Source of the DNA: an uncultured Ruminococcus sp.
Lineage (GTDB): Bacteria > Bacillota > Clostridia > Oscillospirales > CAG-272
DNA length: 64,000 nucleotides
NCBI GenBank assembly: GCA_902795355.1
Contig: CADBKZ010000006.1
Location: 22,496 to 86,495 of the forward strand
Direction of reading: 5' to 3'
In this document: positions 9,839 to 18,360 of the stretch, piece by piece
Numbering within the stretch: the first letter of the stretch is position 1
Layout: the number at the start of each line of letters is the position of its first letter
Notes under the pieces: generated by a model
The model's database searches: none
What the model was told of the DNA's origin: nothing
The model's input: only the letters and a program-made list of their open reading frames with translations
Made by a program: the position numbers and the translations under genes

Positions 9839-12019
9839 TCAATCGATACCAAGAACGTGAATCATATCGCCGCCGTTGGGCTGGAACGTGTTGAGGTAAG
9901 TGCTCGGATCACCGTAGTCAGGTCCCCAACCGGAGCAATCGTAGAGATCGTAGTTGCATTCCTCTCCGTAATCGCAGTAGTAACCCGCGTAATACCAACC
10001 GTAGACATTGTCGGTTCCAACCAAGTTCACAACGACCTTACCGCCGAGAGTTTCCTCAACGCTCTTCTTGAACGCCTGTGCCTTCGCGGTATAGTTCGAC
10101 CGAGCAGACCAATAAGGCAGGTCAAGAACGATGGGGTTATCAGCGCTGATATTCAGGTCGGAAAGTTCCGCAATCGCTTTGTTGAGTTCCGCAACCGCGG
10201 CGTCCTTGTTGTACCAGCCGTCAAAGCCGTCGGAGCTACCGTCGCCGTCGCCGCCCTTGGGATCCCAAACCTTAATGCTATAACCGTCGGCATCCAACTG
10301 CGCCTGAACGATCTCGCCATAGTAGGTACCCTCTTTGAAAGTCGTCTTCTTATCGCCGATCTGAATTTCAACATCTCTGGTCAACGTTACGAACGTTCCG
10401 GGGGTGTACATATTACGAACCGAGAAGACCTTGACATCTTCGCCGACGTCCGCAGCATTGTAGGCAGCGCGATCAACCGCTTGCAGAACCGCGAGGCGGA
10501 AATGCTGATTGAGAACTGCCTTTGCGGTAGCGGTTTTCTGTGCGTCGGTCTGTTGAGACGCCATGCCGTAGCCTTCGGTGGAATAAGAGCCGCGCTTAAT
10601 GTTCATGAACGCAGAATAGGTGGTCGCGTTGGTGGAAGAGACATACGCATAGTCGTTGAACAGGCCGTCGTCTTTCGCCATTTGAAGCGTGGTGGTATTC
10701 AGGCTGGCGCCGTCAATCACGCCCGCTTTCGCGTCCTGATAGGTCTTGGTAACATCGCTGCCGCTACCATAGTAGAGATAAGTAAGGGTCTTGATGTTGA
10801 TGTTTGCGGCATCCCAATAAGCTTCGTTCGCGGAGTACACGATCTTGTTATCGGGCGTATGGTTGGTAACAATGTACGGACCGGAATACAGGATATGAGA
10901 ATCATCGGTTCCGTAGGCCTCGCCCTGCGCGTCGACATACTCTTTGCATACCGGCATGAAGGGGTTGTACTCCAACATGGTCAGGAAATAGGACGTGGGC
11001 TGCTCCAGCGTATACTGAATGGTCTTATTATCAATTGCTTTCACACCGACGGAGCTGAATTCAACCTTGCCGTCATAGTACTCTTCGGCATTCTTGATAA
11101 CGCCGAAGAGCAGGCCTTCCAAACCGCCTTGGAGATCCAGCAGACGCTGCATACCGTCCACAAAATCCTGCGCCTTGATGTCCGCATATTCCTCGCCGTT
11201 CTGCGTAACCCACTTCAAACCGTCGCGAAGCGTGAACGTGTAGGTGAGTCCGTCATCGGAAACGGTAACATTGTTTGCGAGCGCATAGGTCAAACGGCCC
11301 TCGCAATCGTAGGAAAGCAGAGCTTCCTGCGTAAGAATGATTTGCTCGGTATCGGCGGCACGGTAGGTATCCAGAATGTCCCAAGTTGTGGGCTCGGAAG
11401 AATAGCCGAGAGTATAAGTATCTTTGAGGGTATAGCCCTGATCCTGCAGATACTTCTTGGCCCATGCTTCATACTTTGCGGTGCCTTTGAGTTCAATATA
11501 CTTCGCTTTCATAACATCGCGGTCGGAAGCTTTGATGAACTCGGTTGCAACGACAAGATTCTCATATCTGTCGCTGTCAACGCCCCAAAGAGCGTTGTTT
11601 CCGGTGTTGGGAGCAACGCGGGAGAGCGCGTAAACGCCGCCCAGCGTGGTGGTGGGAAGCATAACGCCGGCTTCCAGAAGCTTTGCTTCGGCAATCGCCA
11701 TAACCGCGTATTTTGCGGATACGTCGGTTTGCGCTTTTGCCGCGAGCAGGTACTTGTAGTAGTCGCCCAGAACAGCCTTATAGGTTTCCCAGTCGGCATA
11801 CTCTGCGAAATCCGCATCTTTGACGAGATCCAGATTCATGTCGACTTTCACTTTGCCGGTATCTTTTTTGCCGGTATCAAGTACGACTGCAACTCTGGAA
11901 GACGAAGGGAGTTTCGCATCCTCTTTGCTCAAGCCGCCTTTTTTGCCGCACGCCGCGAATACGCCGACCAGCATAACAAGGGCCAAAGCAAGAGTCAGAA
12001 CTTTGGTGGTTTTTTTCAT
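9839..12019 (-). CDS. peptide/nickel-type (family 5) ABC substrate-binding lipoprotein (OppA-like), 726 aa
   Basis: Signal peptide and lipobox MKKTTKVLTLALALVMLVGVFAACG, SD AGGAGGAGG. First gene of the transporter operon. Confidence 0.8.
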   Translation of the reverse strand: MKKTTKVLTLALALVMLVGVFAACGKKGGLSKEDAKLPSSSRVAVVLDTGKKDTGKVKVDMNLDLVKDADFAEYADWETYKAVLGDYYKYLLAAKAQTDVSAKYAVMAIAEAKLLEAGVMLPTTTLGGVYALSRVAPNTGNNALWGVDSDRYENLVVATEFIKASDRDVMKAKYIELKGTAKYEAWAKKYLQDQGYTLKDTYTLGYSSEPTTWDILDTYRAADTEQIILTQEALLSYDCEGRLTYALANNVTVSDDGLTYTFTLRDGLKWVTQNGEEYADIKAQDFVDGMQRLLDLQGGLEGLLFGVIKNAEEYYDGKVEFSSVGVKAIDNKTIQYTLEQPTSYFLTMLEYNPFMPVCKEYVDAQGEAYGTDDSHILYSGPYIVTNHTPDNKIVYSANEAYWDAANINIKTLTYLYYGSGSDVTKTYQDAKAGVIDGASLNTTTLQMAKDDGLFNDYAYVSSTNATTYSAFMNIKRGSYSTEGYGMASQQTDAQKTATAKAVLNQHFRLAVLQAVDRAAYNAADVGEDVKVFSVRNMYTPGTFVTLTRDVEIQIGDKKTTFKEGTYYGEIVQAQLDADGYSIKVWDPKGGDGDGSSDGFDGWYNKDAAVAELNKAIAELSDLNISADNPIVLDLPYWSARSNYTAKAQAFKKSVEETLGGKVVVNLVGTDNVYGWYYAGYYCDYGEECNYDLYDCSGWGPDYGDPSTYLNTFQPNGGDMIHVLGID

Positions 12020-12054
12020 CTTTCTTTTCCTCCTCCTATTTTTAGGATGTCTTT

Positions 12055-12083
12055 ATTATACACGCTTGTTCGCGATTTGTCAA
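12055..12083 (-). promoter_or_regulatory. sigma-A type promoter of the Opp-like operon
   Basis: Minus strand reads TTGACA (12083-12078), 17 nt, TATAAT (12060-12055). An AT-rich tract with T/A runs lies upstream (12084-12143). Confidence 0.6.
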
Positions 12084-12298
12084 TCCCTTTTTTGGTGTTT
12101 TTTTGAATTTTTTTCAAAAATTTTTTTATTTTTTTTCGCAAAACAGCCGTTAAACGCGGTTTTCGGCTCGATTTGTTTCATTTTTCGGCGGTACGTCTCT
12201 TCCATTTTGCAACCCGACCTATCAAAACTTGCAAATATTTTAGCGTGCTAACACGGCAAAATGTCCATGCTCCCTCCGTTCCCGCAAACTGCGAAAGA

Positions 12299-12354
12299 AA
12301 AGGGCGTTTCCCTTTCCGGCCGCGCATCGACTCGTCCCTCGGAAAACGCCCTTT
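12299..12354 (-). terminator. putative ackA terminator (long hairpin)
   Basis: AAGGGCGTTT... / ...AAACGCCCTT arms followed on the minus strand by TTCTTTCGC. The large loop lowers confidence. Confidence 0.45.
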
Positions 12355-12370
12355 ATAGATAAATGTAGTT

Positions 12371-13582
12371 TTACTTCTTGCCCACCAATTCCATGGTGTC
12401 CTTCGCAATCATCAGTTCCTCGTTTGTGGGAATCACCAGCATTTTCACCTTGGCGTCCTTCGCGGAAATGTCGTATTCGACCGACGTCCGCTTTGCCTTC
12501 TGGTTCAGCTCCTCGTCGATCTTGACGCCGAGGAACGCGAGGTTCTCCGCAACGCGCGTGCGGTACTGCGGGTTGTTCTCGCCGATGCCGCCCGCAAACA
12601 CGATGGCATCCACGCCGCCCATGGCCGCCGCGTACCCGCCGATGTACTTGGTGAGCTGATGCACCAGCATGCTCTCCACCAATTGGTACCGCTTGTTGCC
12701 GGCTTTCGCGCCCTCTTCAATGTCGCGGTTGTCGCTCGTGACCTGCGAAACGCCGAGAATGCCGGATTTCTTATTCATGATGTGGTCGATTTCGTCGGGC
12801 GTCAGGTTCTCTTTCTTCATCAGAAGCGGAACAATGGCGGGGTCGATGGAACCGCAGCGCGTTCCCATAATAATGCCTTCCAGCGGCGTTAACCCCATGG
12901 TGGTATCGTAGCATTTGCCGTCCTTGACCGCCGCGATGGACGACCCGTTGCCGAGATGGCAGGTCACAATTTTCAGCCCCTTGGCGGGATCGCGGCCGAG
13001 CATGGCCGCCGCCCGCATGCTGACATAGCGGTGGCTCGTTCCATGGAAGCCGTAGCGGCGGATGTGGTACTTTTCATAATATTCATAAGGAAGCGCGTAG
13101 AGGTAGGCGTAGTCGGGCATGGTCTGGTGGAAGCCCGTATCGAACACCGCCACCTGCGGCACCCCGGGCATCATCTTTTCGCATGCGCGGATTCCCGTCA
13201 GGTTATGGGGGTTATGGAGCGGGCCGAGCTCGCAGCATTCCTCGATGGCGGCGATAACCGATTCATCGATGATAACCGAGCCGGAGAACTTCTCCCCGCC
13301 GTGGAGCACGCGGTGCCCCACCGCGCTGATTTCGGAAAGCGACTTGATAACGCCGTTTTCCTTGGACGTAAGCGTATCGAGCACGAGCTTGACCGCCTCG
13401 GCATGGTTTGCCATTTGAATATCGAGCTTATAATCGGGACGGCCTTCCACCTTTTGCTTGAAGTTGCCGCCCTCGATTCCGATGCGGTCGGCTTGTCCCT
13501 TGGCGAGCAGGGTTTCGGTTTCCATATCGATCAACTGATATTTAATGGAAGAACTGCCCGCGTTGATTACGAGAATTTTCAT
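12371..13582 (-). CDS. ackA: acetate kinase
   Basis: MKILVINAGSSSIKYQL N-terminus, HRVLHGGEKF, GFHGTSHRY, VFAGGIGEN. ATG 13582 was chosen over the longer ORF-track start. Confidence 0.95.
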   Translation of the reverse strand: MKILVINAGSSSIKYQLIDMETETLLAKGQADRIGIEGGNFKQKVEGRPDYKLDIQMANHAEAVKLVLDTLTSKENGVIKSLSEISAVGHRVLHGGEKFSGSVIIDESVIAAIEECCELGPLHNPHNLTGIRACEKMMPGVPQVAVFDTGFHQTMPDYAYLYALPYEYYEKYHIRRYGFHGTSHRYVSMRAAAMLGRDPAKGLKIVTCHLGNGSSIAAVKDGKCYDTTMGLTPLEGIIMGTRCGSIDPAIVPLLMKKENLTPDEIDHIMNKKSGILGVSQVTSDNRDIEEGAKAGNKRYQLVESMLVHQLTKYIGGYAAAMGGVDAIVFAGGIGENNPQYRTRVAENLAFLGVKIDEELNQKAKRTSVEYDISAKDAKVKMLVIPTNEELMIAKDTMELVGKK

Positions 13583-13629
13583 GTTTGTTTTCCTTTCGGT
13601 TTGATATGATAACAAATATTACCTTATCT

Positions 13630-13658
13630 ATTTTACAATCATTTTGCCCGTTTGTCAA
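13630..13658 (-). promoter_or_regulatory. sigma-A type promoter of ackA
   Basis: Minus strand TTGACA (13658-13653), 17 nt, TAAAAT (13635-13630). Confidence 0.55.
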
Positions 13659-13689
13659 GAGCGGTTCGCGATTTTCGGAAACTTTTTTC

Positions 13690-13738
13690 GCAAAAGCAAA
13701 AACGACGCTCCGACCCGCGGGGTGGGTCGGGCGCCGTT
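13690..13738 (-). terminator. rho-independent terminator of the LRR lipoprotein gene
   Basis: GC-rich stem ACGGCGCCCGACCC / GGGTCGGAGCGTCGT (minus-strand reading) followed by TTTTGCTTTTGC. Confidence 0.65.
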
Positions 13739-13791
13739 TTGGCATGTTTTTCGGCCGTAATTTTCCGTGCGTGTATGCGAAAATCGGCGTT

Positions 13792-14451
13792 TTACGGCGC
13801 CGTTACCGCAATTCCGTAACTTTGCGCGTACCCCGCGGCATACGACCCCTCGGCGCAAACGAACGTCAGCGTTGGGGCGCAGAGGTCGAACGCGCCGTAA
13901 CCGATGGAAACCACCGTGTCCGGTACGGTTACGGACGCGAGCCGATAGCACCCGCTGAAAGCGAACCAATCCACGCGCCGCACCCCGCTCGGAATGATCA
14001 CCGCCGCCGGCGTTCCGTTTTTGAACGCCTCTTCCCCAACCGCAACCACGGCACAGCCGCCGAGCGAGGACGGAATTACAACGGTTTCTTCCGCGCCGAG
14101 ATAGGATGTAATCGTTGCGAACCCGTCGTCCGAAACGGTGTAGCGGTAAAGCGATTCGGGGTCGAGGTTGTCTGTCGCCGGCTCGGTTTCGGCCGCAGGC
14201 AGATTGCCCGCGGTATTGCGCTCCGCTTCCAACTCGGCCAATCGGGTTTCAAACGCGGCGATCTGCCGCGCCTGTTCCGCAAGCTCCGCTTCCACCCGCG
14301 CGTAGTCGGTAAAATTGCCGGTCGGTTGTTCCGCCGCGGTCGTATCGCCGGTCGCCTCGGTCGTGATCCCCCGCTCTTTTACCCGCAAGCACCCCGCAAA
14401 CATCCAACAGCACATGGCCGCGCAGATCGCGCACAACAGAATTTTCCGCAT
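13792..14451 (-). CDS. BspA-type leucine-rich-repeat lipoprotein with coiled-coil linker
   Basis: Lipobox WMFAGC. The C-terminal half, VVIPSSLGGCAVVAVGEEAFKN...IIPSGVRRVDWFAFSGCYRLASVTVPDTVVSIGYGAFDLC, shows typical BspA-like LRR units. Confidence 0.7.
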   Translation of the reverse strand: MRKILLCAICAAMCCWMFAGCLRVKERGITTEATGDTTAAEQPTGNFTDYARVEAELAEQARQIAAFETRLAELEAERNTAGNLPAAETEPATDNLDPESLYRYTVSDDGFATITSYLGAEETVVIPSSLGGCAVVAVGEEAFKNGTPAAVIIPSGVRRVDWFAFSGCYRLASVTVPDTVVSIGYGAFDLCAPTLTFVCAEGSYAAGYAQSYGIAVTAP

Positions 14452-14555
14452 TTTTTCTTTCTCCTTTCCGTTGCCCCTCGGACAACCTCACCCATATCCT
14501 ACCACAAGCGGCGGGTCGAATGCAAGCGAATGCTGACAGATGAAAAATTTTTTGC

Positions 14556-14595
14556 AAAAAAGAAAGAAAGCCCCGCCCGCAATTGCGGGCGGGGC
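14556..14595 (-). terminator. rho-independent terminator of trpB2
   Basis: GCCCCGCCCGC AATT GCGGGCGGGGC perfect 11-bp stem (14570-14595) followed on the minus strand by a T-rich run. Confidence 0.85.
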
Positions 14596-14605
14596 AAACA
14601 AACGG

Positions 14606-15979
14606 TCAATTGAGTTTCGGCGCGGTTGCAATGCTCTTTGCAAGCTCCTCGTCGGTGGGAATATAGTCGGTCATCGTTCCGTTGTGGAACTGTTCGTAGG
14701 CGACCATATCGAAGTAGCCGGTTCCGGTCAGGCCGAACACAATGGTTTTTTCCTCTCCGGTCTCTTTGCACTTCAACGCCTCGTCGATGGCAACCTTGAT
14801 TGCATGCGAGCTTTCGGGCGCGGGGAGAATGCCTTCCACGCGGGCAAAATACTCGGCGGCTTTGAACACATCGGTCTGCTTCGCGCTGACGGCTTCCATC
14901 AGCCCTTGGTCGTAAAGCTCGGAAAGGATGGAACTCATGCCGTGGTAGCGGAGACCGCCCGCATGGTTCGGCGCGGGGATGAAACCGCTGCCCAGCGTGT
15001 ACATTTTGGCAAGCGGGCAAACCTTGCCCGTATCGCAGAAATCATACAGGTATTGGCCGCGCGTCAGACTCGGGCAGGACGCCGGCTCCACCGCGATAAA
15101 GCGATAATTCGCCTCGCCGCGCAGTTTCTCGCCCATGAACGGGGAGATCAGACCGCCGAGGTTGGAGCCGCCGCCCGCGCAGCCGATGATAACGTCGGGC
15201 TTAATGCCGTATTTATCGAGCGCGGCTTTGGTCTCCATGCCGATAACCGATTGGTGCAGAAGCACCTGCGCCAGCACGCTGCCGAGCACATAGCGGTAGC
15301 CCTCGCGGGTCACGGCGGCTTCCACCGCCTCGGAGATGGCGCAGCCGAGGCTCCCTGTGGTTCCCGGGAACTCGGCCAGAATCTTCTTGCCCACCTCGGT
15401 CTCGGTGGAAGGAGAGGGCGTGACCGACGCGCCGTAGGTGCGCATAACCTCGCGGCGGAACGGCTTTTGTTCGTAGGAGACCTTCACCATGAACACCTTG
15501 CAATCAAGGTCGAAATAGGAGCAGGCCATGGAAAGAGCGGTGCCCCACTGCCCCGCGCCCGTTTCGGTGGTGACGCCTTTGAGCCCCTGCTTTTTGGCAT
15601 AGTACGCTTGGGCAATGGCGGAATTGAGCTTGTGGCTTCCGCTGGTGTTGTTGCCCTCGAACTTATAATAGATCTTCGCGGGCGTGCCGAGCTTTTCTTC
15701 AAGGCAGTAGGCGCGCACAAGCGGGGACGGACGGTACATTTTGTAGAAATTGCGGATCTCCTCGGGAATCGGAATATAGCGGTCGGTGTCGTTCAGCTCC
15801 TGCGCCACCAATTCGTCGCAGAACACATGGGAAAGCTCGGCGGCGGTCATGGGTTTGCCCGTTCCGGGGTTGAGGAGCGGCGCGGGCTTCTTTTTCATGT
15901 CCGCGCGGACGTTATACCAATTGGTGGGCATCTCTTTTTCTTCCAGATAGATTTTGTACGGGATTTTTTCGTTTGACAT
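14606..15979 (-). CDS. trpB: TrpB2-type tryptophan synthase beta-like PLP enzyme (stand-alone)
   Basis: MSNEKIPYKIYLEEKEMPTNWYNVRADM..., FEGNNTSGSHKLNSA (PLP lysine), TETGAGQWGTAL and GCAGGGSNLGG. The long N-terminus is typical of TrpB2. ATG 15979. Confidence 0.85.
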   Translation of the reverse strand: MSNEKIPYKIYLEEKEMPTNWYNVRADMKKKPAPLLNPGTGKPMTAAELSHVFCDELVAQELNDTDRYIPIPEEIRNFYKMYRPSPLVRAYCLEEKLGTPAKIYYKFEGNNTSGSHKLNSAIAQAYYAKKQGLKGVTTETGAGQWGTALSMACSYFDLDCKVFMVKVSYEQKPFRREVMRTYGASVTPSPSTETEVGKKILAEFPGTTGSLGCAISEAVEAAVTREGYRYVLGSVLAQVLLHQSVIGMETKAALDKYGIKPDVIIGCAGGGSNLGGLISPFMGEKLRGEANYRFIAVEPASCPSLTRGQYLYDFCDTGKVCPLAKMYTLGSGFIPAPNHAGGLRYHGMSSILSELYDQGLMEAVSAKQTDVFKAAEYFARVEGILPAPESSHAIKVAIDEALKCKETGEEKTIVFGLTGTGYFDMVAYEQFHNGTMTDYIPTDEELAKSIATAPKLN

Positions 15980-16040
15980 TGCAAACACTCCTTTGCCTTT
16001 TTCGGCTGAAAATTTGGTTGGGGTTCGGAAATACCGGTAC

Positions 16041-16314
16041 AAAAAAAGTCCGCAACTATCTCTCGATAGTCGGGACGAATCTCTCCGCGGTGCCACCCGA
16101 TTTGAAAACGTTTGTTTTCTCTCTTAACGCATACCCCTGATACGCGGCGTGGATGATAACGGGAACGCACCCCGTTGGAGCCTACGGAAACACGCGCGCT
16201 GTTTCTTTCGGTCCACCCTCAAAAGCCCATTCACGGCCTCGCTTCGCCGCGATCACACCACCCGCGACTCTCTGACGGAAGCTACCGAACCGTTACTCTT
16301 CTTTCTCATCGGTT
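16041..16314 (-). promoter_or_regulatory. T-box riboswitch leader (probable Trp specifier) controlling trpB2
   Basis: The minus strand carries AAATCGGGTGGCACCGCGGAG (T-box sequence, about 16103-16083). A terminator hairpin GTCCCGACTATC...GATAGTTGCGGAC plus T7 follows (16076-16041). Stem-I AGAGAG and GGGTGGTG elements are present, with GAA-TGG-G as candidate specifier (TGG = 16229-16227). Confidence 0.8.
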
Positions 16315-16320
16315 TAGTAC

Positions 16321-16349
16321 ATTATACGCCGTTTGCGGCGATTTGTCAA
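16321..16349 (-). promoter_or_regulatory. sigma-A type promoter of the T-box leader
   Basis: Minus strand TTGACA (16349-16344), 17 nt, TATAAT (16326-16321). Confidence 0.7.
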
Positions 16350-16451
16350 TAGGTTTTTCAAAATTTTTCAAAAAAAATTTTATCGTGGTAACGTGATAAA
16401 GCAACAGAGCAGGATTTCCGACGCAAAAATGAAAAGAATTTGGCAAAGCTC

Positions 16452-16480
16452 TTGACTTTTCGGCAAAATATCTGTATAAT
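16452..16480 (+). promoter_or_regulatory. sigma-A type promoter of the tRNA gene
   Basis: TTGACT 16452-16457, 17 nt, TATAAT 16475-16480, 12 nt before the tRNA 5' end. Confidence 0.7.
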
Positions 16481-16492
16481 ATAGGATGTTAC

Positions 16493-16569
16493 GGACCATT
16501 AGCTCAGTTGGTCAGAGCCACCGGCTCATAACCGGTCGGTCCAAGGTTCGAGCCCTTGATGGTCCACCA
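16493..16569 (+). tRNA. tRNA with CAU anticodon (elongator type; Met or lysidine-dependent Ile2), CCA encoded
   Basis: The cloverleaf folds by eye: acceptor GGACCAT/ATGGTCC, D-arm GCTC-AGTTGGTCA-GAGC, anticodon arm ACCGG-CTCATAA-CCGGT, T-arm CAAGG-TTCGAGC-CCTTG, then ACCA. The anticodon stem has no GGG/CCC, so it is not an initiator. The GGACC...GGTCCA ends resemble Firmicute tRNA-Ile2, recalled from memory only. Confidence 0.9.
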
Positions 16570-16597
16570 ACTTATGCGACCGAAAAAGATGCATCCT

Positions 16598-16632
16598 GAA
16601 AAACCGAGGTTTCCCTCGGTTTTTCTCGTTTT
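16598..16632 (+). terminator. rho-independent terminator after the tRNA
   Basis: AAACCGAGG TTTC CCTCGGTTT stem-loop followed by TTTCTCGTTTTT. Confidence 0.75.
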
Positions 16633-16742
16633 TGCTCCGTTTTCCTCGCTTTTTTGAAAATCGGTATTAACTGAAACTAAAAAGATGCAAATGCGGGTTT
16701 TGCCTATATGTCAAGGATTTGAACCTCGGAATACCGTTTTTT

Positions 16743-16793
16743 GAGGGCAGAATCGAGAAAATTTTCTCTCGATTCTGCCCTCTTTTGTTTTTT
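16743..16793 (+). terminator. strong orphan plus-strand terminator hairpin
   Basis: Perfect 16-bp stem GAGGGCAGAATCGAGA / TCTCGATTCTGCCCTC (16743-16758 / 16767-16782) followed by TTTTGTTTTTT. No plus-strand CDS lies upstream. Confidence 0.6.
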
Positions 16794-16881
16794 CAATTGT
16801 TAAATTTCCATGTATGAGAAAGAGAGTTGACACCGTATCGGTTGTGCATTCTTTCAAACCGTTGCACGATGGATCGATGTT

Positions 16882-17276
16882 TTACACAATCTTTGGAACA
16901 ATCAACCGTCCTTTTCCTCCACAATATTTTACGGTTTCGTTGATAATCCGTTTTGCCGTTTCCACAAGCAACGCTTCATCGGTTGCATCATTGCCCTGAA
17001 CGATATAAAATAGGTTGCGTGTTCTTTCACCCACCTTCGTTTTCTCGACTTGTCGTATTTCACTTCGTTTGCATCGTCGCAGTAGCAATATTCATGTGCA
17101 TTGACCGGAAGCGGTATGTCCTGACCAATCGGGATGAATTTTTCCGTCCCGTCCGTAAACCGAAGGGTTACATTCCCAAGCACACAATCCATATCGTGCG
17201 CGCCGAGCGCCAACTTGCTCTCCAAAGAGATGATGTTATAGACCCATGTTTTATTTCCTAACATCCACGATACCAT
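16882..17276 (-). pseudogene. B3/4-domain (PheT-like tRNA-binding domain) protein remnant: N-terminally truncated and frameshifted
   Basis: Two overlapping frames are involved. One reads ...NKTWVYNIISLESKLALGAHDMD...HEYCYCDDANEV (16929..17276). The other reads ...RQVEKTKVGERTRNLFYIVQG...VKYCGGKG (16882..17088). Together they match the middle and C-terminus of B3/4-domain proteins. The frame switches near 17050-17070, and about 90 N-terminal residues are missing. Confidence 0.6.
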
Positions 17277-17285
17277 CTCCTTGTG

Positions 17286-18344
17286 TCAGATAAACAAACT
17301 CATATCCGACTGCTCGCCGGAGCCGAGGAAGGTGGAAACGCCGCCGAGTTCCACGCCGTCAATCAGTTCCTCTTTATGAATGCCCATGATGTCCATTGAC
17401 ATCTGGCAAGCGACGAGCCGCACCCCGTGGGCTTTTGCCGATTCGATCAGTTCCTCGAGGGAACTGACCCCCTTGCTTTTCATGATGGAGCGAATCATTT
17501 TCGCCCCCATGCCGCCCATATTCATGCGGGAAAGTCCCAGCTTTTTCGTGCCGCGCGGCATCATAAAACCGAACATCTTCTCGACGAACGGTTTTTTCAC
17601 CTTGACCTTTTTCGGTCTCCGCAGAATATTGAGTCCCCAGAAGGTAAAGAAGATCGTCACCTTCCGCCCCATCGCGGCCGCGCCGTTTGCCATGATAAAC
17701 GCGGCGATCGTCTTATCGAGATCGCCGGAAAATACGACAAAAGTCTTGTCGTTCTGCTCCGCGGTCTGCGCGGCGGCTTTGGGCGCGGCGCGCTTGGTGA
17801 TATCGGCGCGAATCACGCCGTCCGTAAAGGATATGGAATCCAGCCGGTTTCCCGTGCGCTCGCACCAGATCTGAATATCGGAATAAAACGCGTCCTCGGT
17901 CGCCTCAACATGAATCGCCGTACCCTCCGGTTTTTCCCGCAGATAATCCGCGACCTTGACGATGGGCCCCGGGCATTTCAGTCCCTTGGCGTCGATGAAC
18001 TCCCGCTCCTTTTGGGCGGCGGGTACCTTTTCGGGTTCCCCGCCCGCAACAAGTTTGCGATAGGCGTTATACCCGCCCTCGACATGGCTGACGTTGTAGC
18101 CTCTGTCCGCAAGGATCTCCGCGATCTGCTCGCTGAAATCCCCGACGCGGCAATAAACAATAACAGGCTTATCCTTTGGAACATCGTCGAGTTTTGTCGC
18201 AAATTTCGAGAAAGGAATATTGATTGCGCCGGGGATGGAACTGACCACAAGCTCGTCCGGCTCGCGCAGATCGACAAGGGTATATTGGGAATGATCCAGC
18301 GCGGCAAATTCCGCCGCCGTGATTGTTCTGAATGTTTCTTCCAT
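17286..18344 (-). CDS. rhodanese - TusA(SirA)-like - DsrE/DsrF-like three-domain sulfur-trafficking protein
   Basis: Rhodanese loop YCRVGDFS, TusA motif LKCPGPIVK, and a C-terminal FVVFSGDLDKTIAAFIMANGAAAMG...FFTFWGL DsrE-family domain. Confidence 0.8.
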   Translation of the reverse strand: MEETFRTITAAEFAALDHSQYTLVDLREPDELVVSSIPGAINIPFSKFATKLDDVPKDKPVIVYCRVGDFSEQIAEILADRGYNVSHVEGGYNAYRKLVAGGEPEKVPAAQKEREFIDAKGLKCPGPIVKVADYLREKPEGTAIHVEATEDAFYSDIQIWCERTGNRLDSISFTDGVIRADITKRAAPKAAAQTAEQNDKTFVVFSGDLDKTIAAFIMANGAAAMGRKVTIFFTFWGLNILRRPKKVKVKKPFVEKMFGFMMPRGTKKLGLSRMNMGGMGAKMIRSIMKSKGVSSLEELIESAKAHGVRLVACQMSMDIMGIHKEELIDGVELGGVSTFLGSGEQSDMSLFI

Positions 18345-18360
18345 GATTTTATGTACCTCT

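Noticed and set aside
12248-12268. Six-codon mini-ORF (MDILPC) preceded by GGAGGGAG on the minus strand, between ackA and the opp promoter. It was considered as a leader peptide.
   Set aside because: The SD-to-ATG spacing is only ~4 nt. The ORF lies upstream of the mapped opp promoter rather than in a 5' UTR, and no attenuator structure follows.
16712-16729. Minus-strand CCGAGG-TTCAAAT-CCTTG resembling a tRNA T-arm. It was considered as a duplicated tRNA 3' end marking an att site.
   Set aside because: It is only ~18 nt, with no acceptor-stem continuation. It is in inverted orientation relative to the intact tRNA. T-arm-like sequences arise easily by chance. It is mentioned only as weak support for the rearrangement-scar idea.
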